Shown piece after piece: positions 29,589 through 37,614 of a stretch of 64,000 nt of DNA. The translations under genes and the position numbers were made by a program. Source of the stretch: Bacteroidota bacterium (GTDB lineage Bacteria > Bacteroidota > Bacteroidia > UBA7662 > JAYUJN01); the NCBI GenBank assembly GCA_043765195.1, contig JAYUJN010000055.1, positions 1,041 through 65,040 on the forward strand, written 5' to 3'. A model generated the notes under the pieces. It saw nothing but the letters and a program-made list of their open reading frames with translations, made no database searches and was not told where the DNA came from. Positions within the stretch are counted from its first letter, which is position 1. Every line of letters starts with the position of its first letter.

Positions 29589-29951
29589 ATGAATGTAGAA
29601 AACACCTCAGTTCAGATGCGAAAGGGCTTTTTGGAGTACTGTATTTTGCTGGCGATACAGCAGGGCGGCGAGGTATATACCTCCGACCTGATAGACCAAC
29701 TAAAACAAGCCGAAATAATAGTGGTGGAGGGTACGCTGTATCCGCTACTGAGCCGCTTGCACAAATCGGGTACGCTGGAGTATAGCTGGCAAGAGTCCAA
29801 TGCGGGTCCGCCACGCAAGTATTACCGCTTGGCGCAGCCCGAGGGCGCTCATTTTTTGAAAGAACTCGACGAAACTTGGGCGAGCTTGGCGGCATCGGTA
29901 CAAAAACTTTTAAACAACCAAACAAACTCTAAACTAAAAAACGATGAATAA
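29589..29951 (+). CDS. PadR family transcriptional regulator
   Basis: QMRKGFLEYCIL, EGTLYPLLSRL, GPPRKYY; start moved to ATG 29589. Confidence 0.93.
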   Translation: MNVENTSVQMRKGFLEYCILLAIQQGGEVYTSDLIDQLKQAEIIVVEGTLYPLLSRLHKSGTLEYSWQESNAGPPRKYYRLAQPEGAHFLKELDETWASLAASVQKLLNNQTNSKLKNDE

Positions 29952-31764
29952 AACGGTATCTATAAACCTTGCGGGCATGGTTTTTAGCATTGACGAAAAT
30001 GCTTACATCGCCCTAAATACGTACATCAACGAAATACGCAAAATATTTGTGGGCTACACCGATGGCAACGAAATAGTAACGGATATTGAAGCTCGGATAG
30101 CTGAAAAATTTCGGCTTGCGCTCACCCAGCAGCAAAAAGAGGCGGTTTCGCTCGCCGATTTGGAGCGTGTGCAGGCGGAGCTGGGTAGCACCCAAGATTT
30201 TGCGCAAGATGCCCACGAAAACCTCGAGCAAAGCAAACCCAGTGCGCCCGCCCAACCCATTGTGGTTCAGAAGTTTAGCCGCAGCGCCAACCAAAAAATT
30301 GTGGGCGGCGTGGCTATGGGTTTGGCGCACTATTTGCGTATCGACCCCGTGATAGTCCGCATTTTATGGCTCGTGAGCATCGCTTTGGGTGGCGTGGGCG
30401 TGCTTGCTTACCTCATTTTGTGGGTGCTGCTGCCCGTGGCGCAGCTACCAGAGTTTGTGCATTCGGCGCACAGCAAGCGGTTTTTTAGAAACAAAGAAGC
30501 CCGAAAAATAGCGGGCGTAGCCGCAGGCATTTCCACTTATTTTGGCATAGATGTGTTGTTTGTGCGCATTTTGTTTGTACTCGGCGTTTTGGGGGCGGGC
30601 GTGGGTTTGGTGGCTTACGTGGTTATTTGGGCGAGTGCCGCCTACGCCCACACCCTGAGCCAGCGCACGCTCATGCACGGCACCCAAGCCAACCTATCCA
30701 ATATGTACGCCACACGCCAAAACCAGCTACAAAACCCCAGCCAACCCAACGTTTTTATAGAAATAATTGAGCGCAGTTTTGCCGTATTTTTTCGGGTATT
30801 AAAAATGATTTTGGGCGCATTGCTGCTGCTAAAAAGCATGGCTTTGTTTCTATTGTCCTTTGTTTTTGTGGGCTTTGCATCTATGATTTATTGGCGCAAT
30901 GGCGATTTTTCGGGCATACCGCTGCGCAATTTTGCGGGCAGCCTCACCAACGATTTGGGGCTACAAACCCTCATTGTGCTGGCATTTGTATTGCCTGCTA
31001 TCTTGTTGGTTTACATGGGTTTACGCCTTTTGTTGGGTTATCGTTTGTTTGGCAAGCAAGCCATAAAAACGCTTGCTTTTGCCTGCATAGCCGTACTGGC
31101 TACGGCATTTGTGTTTGGGTTTAGCCTGTTTTCTAATTTTGTAGAAACGGCTCGCTACCAAAAAATACAAACCATAACATTGCCCGATACCACACGGCTG
31201 TTGGAGCTGGAAATGAGCGATTTTTACACCAACAATATGCAGCACTACGACAATTTTGACATTACGCTGCACGCCCACAACCAGCCCAGTATTCTGGTAA
31301 AAAAATCGTTTGAGGCACAGGGTGCAAACCAAGCCGATGCCCAAAAAAATGCACAGGCAGCCATTTACAACCTCGAGTTGCAGGGCAATAAACTGGTATT
31401 TGACAACAAAATAAAATTTGAGAAAAACGCCATTTTTCGTTTTCAAAGGGCAAAAATAGACATTTATTTGCCACAAAACATGGTTGTAAAAATCAATAAT
31501 TTTTATAAATTTCACCTCTCAAACCCAAATTTTTGGTACGATAACTGGCAGTATGGCTTTCATGACTATGATTTTGAAGGCAAAAAATACAAAATAGTAA
31601 ACGATACCATAAAATGCCAAAACTGCGATGATTTGCTGCAAAACCCCAAATATTGGCAGAACGAAAACCGTGGCTATTCGCCCAATGATAGTTCGTGGAG
31701 TGAAGCGGAAACAGACGAAATGAACGAGCAAAAAGCAGTTTTGAAAAATTATTTGACCAATTAA
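29944..31764 (+). CDS. PspC domain membrane protein
   Basis: MNKTVSINLAG...IDENAY...DIEARIAE; two PspC repeats (KIVGGVAMGLAHY, KIAGVAAGISTYFG). Confidence 0.9.
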   Translation: MNKTVSINLAGMVFSIDENAYIALNTYINEIRKIFVGYTDGNEIVTDIEARIAEKFRLALTQQQKEAVSLADLERVQAELGSTQDFAQDAHENLEQSKPSAPAQPIVVQKFSRSANQKIVGGVAMGLAHYLRIDPVIVRILWLVSIALGGVGVLAYLILWVLLPVAQLPEFVHSAHSKRFFRNKEARKIAGVAAGISTYFGIDVLFVRILFVLGVLGAGVGLVAYVVIWASAAYAHTLSQRTLMHGTQANLSNMYATRQNQLQNPSQPNVFIEIIERSFAVFFRVLKMILGALLLLKSMALFLLSFVFVGFASMIYWRNGDFSGIPLRNFAGSLTNDLGLQTLIVLAFVLPAILLVYMGLRLLLGYRLFGKQAIKTLAFACIAVLATAFVFGFSLFSNFVETARYQKIQTITLPDTTRLLELEMSDFYTNNMQHYDNFDITLHAHNQPSILVKKSFEAQGANQADAQKNAQAAIYNLELQGNKLVFDNKIKFEKNAIFRFQRAKIDIYLPQNMVVKINNFYKFHLSNPNFWYDNWQYGFHDYDFEGKKYKIVNDTIKCQNCDDLLQNPKYWQNENRGYSPNDSSWSEAETDEMNEQKAVLKNYLTN

Positions 31765-31798
31765 ATGCCTAAAATTGCGGTAAAAAAGCCCTCTAATT

Positions 31799-31913
31799 CC
31801 TCACTTTTATGTTAATTATTACCCAAAACCTACCACTTAACACGGAAAACACGTTCTTTATCCCGGTTTTGGGTTTTGCTATTGCATAGTATTTATTGGT
31901 TGCATAACTTTGT
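31799..31913 (+). promoter_or_regulatory. Promoter module copy 1: 21-bp-periodic repeats plus TTG/TAACTTTG promoter
   Basis: About 95% identical to 32310-32424; imperfect repeats end at 31824, 31845 and 31866; -7 box TAACTTTG at 31905-31912. Confidence 0.8.
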
Positions 31914-31916
31914 ACC

Positions 31917-32080
31917 CGTGAACGAAATAACATCGTGTGTGATGTTGAAAGCATATAGCACTTGAAAGCAAATGCTATATCTACTTAAATGTGCGTGTCG
32001 TGTGTGGTGCGCCGTTGTGTAAGAAAGTAAATGCCATTAGGTATTGAAAACTCCCAAGTTTCGGCTTGGGAGTTTTGTTT
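31917..32080 (+). ncRNA. Candidate small RNA 1 (about 160 nt)
   Basis: Bounded by a promoter and an intrinsic terminator; three internal hairpins; no ORF over 16 aa lies wholly inside it. Transcription is inferred, not shown. Confidence 0.5.
32047..32080 (+). terminator. Intrinsic terminator of unit 1
   Basis: AAAACTCCCAAGT-TTCG-GCTTGGGAGTTTT followed by GTTT. Confidence 0.8.
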
Positions 32081-32099
32081 TGTAGAGCGTGGAGTGCAG

Positions 32100-32240
32100 C
32101 CGAAGTGGCTCGTTTCGGCTACGCTCAACGACCATGAATTAGAACGAATAAAAAACCCACGTTCGTTGAGCGTAGCCGAAACGGACAATGGGTGTTGAAT
32201 GGAATAATCCTGTGCATTTTTTAATCCTAAAAATCCTGTG
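32100..32240. repeat. REP-like inverted pair plus AATCCT repeats
   Basis: CGTTTCGGCTACGCTCAACGA (about 32112) and inverted TCGTTGAGCGTAGCCGAAACG (about 32163); AATCCTGT and AATCCTAAAAATCCTGT. Confidence 0.8.
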
Positions 32241-32309
32241 GAGACAAGAAAAATACCAAAAAATGAGCCGCTAATTTTGGACTTTTTGTTAAAAAAAAGC
32301 ACCCCGACC

Positions 32310-32424
32310 CCTCGCTTTTTTGTTAATTCTTACGCAAAACCTACCACTTAACACGGAAAACACGTTCTTTATCCCGGTTTTGGGTTTTGCTATTGCACAG
32401 TATTTTTTGGTTGCATAACTTTGT
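32310..32424 (+). promoter_or_regulatory. Promoter module copy 2
   Basis: Direct repeat of 31799-31913 (offset 511 bp, 6 mismatches in 115 bp). Confidence 0.8.
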
Positions 32425-32427
32425 GGT

Positions 32428-32532
32428 GTTGAAAACAACAAGTAGTGTGTAATTATAATGCTATGAAAAAAACACAATGCCATGCTATATTTGGTATTAC
32501 AAACTCCCAGATTTCGATTTGGGAGTTTTCTT
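32428..32532 (+). ncRNA. Candidate small RNA 2 or terminated leader of the kinase operon (about 100 nt)
   Basis: Shares TGTTGAAA, GTGTGT and ATGCYAT motifs with unit 1 and ends in a homologous hairpin AAACTCCCAGAT-TTCG-ATTTGGGAGTTTT (32501-32529). Confidence 0.45.
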
Positions 32533-32543
32533 ATACTTTACCC

Positions 32544-35500
32544 ATGAAGCCAGTTTACATACTTATTTACCTTATACTTTGGGCTAGCCAAGCAGGTGCC
32601 CAGCAGCTTGCCCACCGCCGATACACCACCGCCGAGGGGCTGCCCCAAATGCAGGTAATGGACGTGGCGCAAGACCAAAACGATGTTTTGTGGATAGGTA
32701 CAAAAAACGGACTGTGTACCTTCGATGGCGTTTCGTTTTACAACAAATTAGGCGGCGAAAAAAAGGAAATTTATGCAGTTTTGGTAAGTAAAAAACGGGA
32801 AGTCTTCGCCTTTTATACCTACCAAACCAAGTTAGAGGTTTACGAAAACTACAAGCTCAACCCAAACTACATAACGAATAAAGAAGTACTAACCAAGTAC
32901 AACTTGATAGAAAATCCTTTTTTGGCGGGCGATACTGTATGGCTTACACTCGTTAGCAAACCAACCTTAGAAGAAGACAAAGCCCAAAATGAAAAAACCA
33001 GAGTATCTACCATTGCTTTTTTGCTCAACCATAAAATTACGATTTTGCCCAAAACCAAAATCGTTGCCCCAAACGGAGAATACACGTCCGCTGCCGTAAC
33101 CAACAATACCTTATACCTCAGTAGCGCGGGCTTCGGCATTTTTAGGTTTAATGCCCAAACCCAAACCCTGCAAAATATATATAAATTTAGCCCAAGTGAA
33201 AAAATAAATGGCTGTAATGCTATAAAAGCCACAGACGATGGCAACATTTATTTGACATCGAATAAGTACGTAGCCAAACTTGTAAATGGGCGCATTTTTT
33301 ATTTAGATAGCGGCGAAATAGGCAATAAACTCATCTATTTAAAAGAAAAAAAACAGCTCCTGTATTTCAAAAAAATAGGCGAGCGCACCCAGCAGCTCAT
33401 AACCATGAATACCCAAGGCGTGCGCCTAAGTACCCTGAATATAGACATAAATTTGCCCTACGGCGTAATCATAGACAAAGAAGGCAACTACTGGATAGCC
33501 AGCGAAGAGGGTTTGGTGCAACTTATAAAAAACGGTTTTACCAATTTTTATGAAAAAGACGGTATGCCCCCCAAAATATGGCAGATAATAGAAGACAAAA
33601 AGCAAAATATGTGGTTTGCGCCCTACGAAATGCGCAACGGTATATGCAAATACGATGACCAAACCCTAAAAAGGTACTATGTACCCAAAGCAACCACAAA
33701 GGCAAACTACTTTTATTTTGCAGGATATTGCACCCCAAAAAACGAGCTTATGTTTACCACCGATGGGGGTTTGTTGTCGTTTACCGAAAAAAATGGGTTT
33801 AAAGAAGATTTTAATAAAAGCCTGATTTTTAATACCTATGAAAGTGCCACAACCAAAGATGTATTTATAGGTGCCTGGGACAATAAAGGGTTTTATTTCA
33901 AAAAAAACAACACCAACCAATGGCAGCAATACAAAATACCACGCATGAAAAACGTGGTGGGTGCTACCCAAGACAAAGACCAAAATTATTGGTTTGGGGG
34001 CTTTGGTGGCATCGGCGTATTTGATGGCAAAAGCACTTTTAGCATTTGCGCCTACGACAGCACACATAGCCACCTGCGGGGTATGTGCTACACCACCGAC
34101 CACAAGGGCAATGTGTGGATAGGCAGCGATACCCACGGTTTTTTGATGTATGATGCCAACCGTTATCCGTTTAAAATGGCGGATAGTTCGCTGGTAGCCA
34201 AGCGGATACAAATGGTAAACGACAGCAATTATTTAAGCAACATCATTACTGCCATAAAATACTACGCCACGCCCAAAGACACTTTTTTGCTTTTTGGGCA
34301 CTCGCAGGGCTTTGGTATGTTCGACCTGGCGCACTGGTACAAAACCAAGCAAATACGCATTCAGTTTTTTGACGATGCCAATGGTTTTATGGGGCATGAA
34401 GTGGAGCAAAATGCGATAACCGTGGATTCTAAAAACCGCATTTGGATAGCCACCAACGACTTGCTTACGCTGTTTGATTTTCCGAAATATAGAAAAAATG
34501 ACGTTGTGCCAAACATTTACATCAAGCAACTTGTGTATTTTGATGGTAAATTAAAGCCAAACACGCTTTTTGACAACAATATTTACCAAAAACAGCCCAG
34601 CCAAGAACTGGTACTGAAACCAAGCCAAAACAACATACAAATTAGTTTTATAGGCATAAGCACCACTGCGCCCACACGAGTGCAGTACAGCTACCGATTG
34701 ATGGGCAGCAACGCCTCGTGGAGCGTGTGGAACACGGATACCAAGGCTACGTTTACCAATCTTGCTGCGGGCGATTATCGGTTTGAGGTGCGCAGCATAA
34801 ACAGCGAAACGCCGCTCGAGTTAGCCGACAAACAAATGGTGAGCCTCACGTTTCGGGTGGAGCAAATTTGGTACAAATCGTGGTGGTTTTTACTCTTGTG
34901 CGCATTGTTTGCTGGGAGTGTTATCGTTTTTATAACCCAACTTTTAGCCAAGCGCAAAAGGGCTGAAATACTCACCGAACTTAGGCTAAAAGAGGGCGAG
35001 CTGGTGCGCAGCCAGAGCAGTGAGCAGATTTCTAAAATGCAGTTTCAGATGCTCATAACCCAGCTCAATCCGCATTTTATAAACAACGTACTTACGGGCA
35101 TACAAAACAAAGTATTCCACGAAACGGAGTCATTTGTGGCAATTAGCTACCTCGCCAAACTTATAAGGAGTTTGTTTATGGAAAGTAGGTCTGGAAAAAT
35201 GGTTTGGTCGTTGGCAGAAGAAATGGATTTTTTGCAGCATTATTTAGACCTGCAAAAATTTAGGTTTCCAAGTAATTTTGAATATACGCTGCCTATCAAA
35301 GCCGAATTAGCCGCATTTGAGCGCATAAAAATACCCATTATGTACCTACAAATCCACTGCGAAAATTCCATAGAACATGGTATAAAAGCCGTGCCAGATG
35401 GCAAGCTGATGGGCAAACTTATTGTAAGTGTAGCTCAGGTAAACCAAAGCCAAATAGCCATAACCATAACCGACAACGGCGTGGGTAGAACCGAAGCAAG

Positions 35501-35672
35501 CCAAAAAAACAGCCGCAGCACCAAGCAAGGCACAGCGATGCTTAGTGAGGTTTCGGATATATTTAACAAAAATAACAACAACAACCTGCTTAACTTTACC
35601 TACCAAGATGCGCCGCAGGGCGGCGGTACCACGGTTACGGTGTTTGTACCCACGCATTACAAATACGACTAA
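32544..35672 (+). CDS. LytS-type sensor histidine kinase with periplasmic beta-propeller and YYY domains
   Basis: Signal peptide, YTTAEGLP and QDQNDVLWIGT propeller repeats, FTNLAAGDYRFEV (YYY), TM helix, QLNPHFINNVL, ENSIEHG, DNGVG. Confidence 0.9.
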   Translation: MKPVYILIYLILWASQAGAQQLAHRRYTTAEGLPQMQVMDVAQDQNDVLWIGTKNGLCTFDGVSFYNKLGGEKKEIYAVLVSKKREVFAFYTYQTKLEVYENYKLNPNYITNKEVLTKYNLIENPFLAGDTVWLTLVSKPTLEEDKAQNEKTRVSTIAFLLNHKITILPKTKIVAPNGEYTSAAVTNNTLYLSSAGFGIFRFNAQTQTLQNIYKFSPSEKINGCNAIKATDDGNIYLTSNKYVAKLVNGRIFYLDSGEIGNKLIYLKEKKQLLYFKKIGERTQQLITMNTQGVRLSTLNIDINLPYGVIIDKEGNYWIASEEGLVQLIKNGFTNFYEKDGMPPKIWQIIEDKKQNMWFAPYEMRNGICKYDDQTLKRYYVPKATTKANYFYFAGYCTPKNELMFTTDGGLLSFTEKNGFKEDFNKSLIFNTYESATTKDVFIGAWDNKGFYFKKNNTNQWQQYKIPRMKNVVGATQDKDQNYWFGGFGGIGVFDGKSTFSICAYDSTHSHLRGMCYTTDHKGNVWIGSDTHGFLMYDANRYPFKMADSSLVAKRIQMVNDSNYLSNIITAIKYYATPKDTFLLFGHSQGFGMFDLAHWYKTKQIRIQFFDDANGFMGHEVEQNAITVDSKNRIWIATNDLLTLFDFPKYRKNDVVPNIYIKQLVYFDGKLKPNTLFDNNIYQKQPSQELVLKPSQNNIQISFIGISTTAPTRVQYSYRLMGSNASWSVWNTDTKATFTNLAAGDYRFEVRSINSETPLELADKQMVSLTFRVEQIWYKSWWFLLLCALFAGSVIVFITQLLAKRKRAEILTELRLKEGELVRSQSSEQISKMQFQMLITQLNPHFINNVLTGIQNKVFHETESFVAISYLAKLIRSLFMESRSGKMVWSLAEEMDFLQHYLDLQKFRFPSNFEYTLPIKAELAAFERIKIPIMYLQIHCENSIEHGIKAVPDGKLMGKLIVSVAQVNQSQIAITITDNGVGRTEASQKNSRSTKQGTAMLSEVSDIFNKNNNNNLLNFTYQDAPQGGGTTVTVFVPTHYKYD

Positions 35673-35683
35673 CCATACGCACC

Positions 35684-36547
35684 ATGCAAAAAATAACCTG
35701 CCTCATTGTAGAAGATGAAATAAACGATAGAGAGCTGCTGGAGAAATGCCTGCACTTTTTTCATGAGCGGCTCACCGTTTTGCCCACCAAGCCCACCACC
35801 GTAAACGACGCGGTAGAAGCCATTTTGGCGCACAGCCCCGATGTGGTTTTTGCGGATATTCGGCTACAAGGCGGCGATTATTTTGATGTGTTGGAGGTGC
35901 TAAAAAAACAAAATGTGGTGGTAGCCAGCGTACTTTTTACGGCTTATAGAAGCGATATGGCGGAATACGCCCAAAAATACACCAACAACTACACCGAGTA
36001 CATAAAAGCCATTACCTACAAACCCATAGCGCACAATTGGAAGGAGGAATATGCCGCTTTTTTGGATAAAATAGCGCAGGAAAAACCCAAAAAGGACGTT
36101 CAAAATCAGTTTATAAAAATAAGCGATCTAAAACTCCGCATAGATGATATATACTACATCGCTACCAACGACACCAAAAAAAACAGCCTTACGTTTTATG
36201 TTTTGCCCAACACGCTACCAAATACAGTGAGGCAAAAAAATGCCGCACAGGGTATAGTTACCCTAAATGCAACGCTTACAGAATGGTTGAAAGTGCATAC
36301 AAACGAGCAATTTATACGAATTAGTAGGGATAGGGCTATAAACTCGGATAAAATAGTGTCGGTAATATCAAAGCCTGAAACGGAAGGCGGTGGTTTTACG
36401 GTGGTTTTTGGGTATAAAAACAATAGGGGCGAAAACTCGTCGTTTCCTGTAAGCCGTAATTTTGTAGCGGAAATAAAGGCTTTTTTGAAGGGAAAGGGAG
36501 TGGGTTTAACTAAAAAAATTGAGTTTGGCGATGACCAAAATGGATAG
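35684..36547 (+). CDS. LytR/AlgR (LytTR) family response regulator
   Basis: IVEDE...VVFADIRL receiver; IDDIYYI...FIRISRDRAIN...PVSRN LytTR domain. Confidence 0.85.
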   Translation: MQKITCLIVEDEINDRELLEKCLHFFHERLTVLPTKPTTVNDAVEAILAHSPDVVFADIRLQGGDYFDVLEVLKKQNVVVASVLFTAYRSDMAEYAQKYTNNYTEYIKAITYKPIAHNWKEEYAAFLDKIAQEKPKKDVQNQFIKISDLKLRIDDIYYIATNDTKKNSLTFYVLPNTLPNTVRQKNAAQGIVTLNATLTEWLKVHTNEQFIRISRDRAINSDKIVSVISKPETEGGGFTVVFGYKNNRGENSSFPVSRNFVAEIKAFLKGKGVGLTKKIEFGDDQNG

Positions 36548-37300
36548 CACCAAAAATGCGGTGCGTATGTATTTTTCGGGGAGGTGTGCAGCAAAAGCCA
36601 CGCCCTGCGGTGCGCCCAGCACGATGCCGATGGCTAAGGGCAAAATGGTTTTAAAATCCAAGATGCCGATGCTGTACGGCAGCGCAATGTCGGTTGGTTT
36701 TTGGGTATAAAATAGCACCATAGCCAGCGATATGGGTACGATGGCGGCTAAGGATACGGAGGTGGCTTTTTTTATGGGAAAATGCGCAAACACGGTCATG
36801 AGCGGAATCATGACGATGCCGCCGCCCAAGCCCGACACGGCGGCTATGCCGCCCGCTACCACGCCTATGGCGGTTATCACGGCGTTGCTCACGGGCTTTT
36901 GGAGGGCGTTTTGTTGGTTTTGGGTATAAATTTTATACACACCAAAGAGCAATATGAGGCTAAAAAACTGGGCAAAATGGTTTTTGTTGTACCACGGCTG
37001 CGGCACCACAAATGCCGAAACCAGCACCGAAGCCACTGCGCCGCCCAAGCCCATAAAAAGTGCGGGCTGCCAAAAGAAATTTTGCTTGCGGTATTGTTTG
37101 TAGCTGCCACTCAGCCCCGAAACGAGCGTTAAAAAGATGGAGTTGGCGATGGTAAAAATGATGGCTTGCTTGCCTTGCAGCCCCAGCCGCTGCGCCAGCT
37201 CCATGAGCGTGGGTACAAAAATAATGCCGCCGCCCACGCCCAGCAAGCCCGCCAGTGCGCCACCCAAAAGCCCGATAAGTAATAAAATAAAAAACATCAT
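36506..37300 (-). CDS. Sulfite exporter TauE/SafE family membrane protein
   Basis: GLLGVGGGIIFVP and SGLGGGIVMIP repeated motifs; multiple TM helices. Confidence 0.9.
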   Translation of the reverse strand: MMFFILLLIGLLGGALAGLLGVGGGIIFVPTLMELAQRLGLQGKQAIIFTIANSIFLTLVSGLSGSYKQYRKQNFFWQPALFMGLGGAVASVLVSAFVVPQPWYNKNHFAQFFSLILLFGVYKIYTQNQQNALQKPVSNAVITAIGVVAGGIAAVSGLGGGIVMIPLMTVFAHFPIKKATSVSLAAIVPISLAMVLFYTQKPTDIALPYSIGILDFKTILPLAIGIVLGAPQGVAFAAHLPEKYIRTAFLVLSILVIAKLNFFS

Positions 37301-37614
37301 TTGGGTGGATTATCGTTTTGTGGGTTGTATAAGGCGTAAAATAAAAAACATCATTTGGGCGGATTATGGTTTTGTGGCTATCACTTTTTGAAGATTATAC
37401 CAATTATAAGTCATGAGTAGTCTTTTTTTGCGAATTTTGCATTTTCACTGTCCGTCTGGGCAAATTGCATTTGCCCTCACCAGCATTCGCCCTATATCAC
37501 ATTTGCACATCATCTAATTACAGGCGAATGCAATTCGCCCTTACATTTTCACTGTCCGTCGGGGCAAATTGGGCAGATTATCGTTTGACGGCTATCATTT
37601 TTTGGAGTTCGTAC
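37283..37614. repeat. Duplicated uvrB-3'/tauE-5' junctions with REP-like palindromes
   Basis: 41-bp repeat at 37283-37323 and 37337-37377; 37355-37400 matches the uvrB end 37569-37614 at 36 of 46 positions; ATTTTCACTGTCCGTCnGGGCAAATT occurs twice; GGCGAATGCAATTCGCC palindrome. Confidence 0.8.

Noticed and set aside
31985-32483. Track ORFs 31985-32302 and 32289-32483, and the kinase extension from 32445
   Set aside because: They run through repeats, promoter and terminator sequence; the kinase signal peptide starts at 32544.
36506-36547. 42-bp convergent overlap of the LytTR regulator and tauE
   Set aside because: Short tail-to-tail overlaps are common and the overlapping residues lie beyond the LytTR domain.
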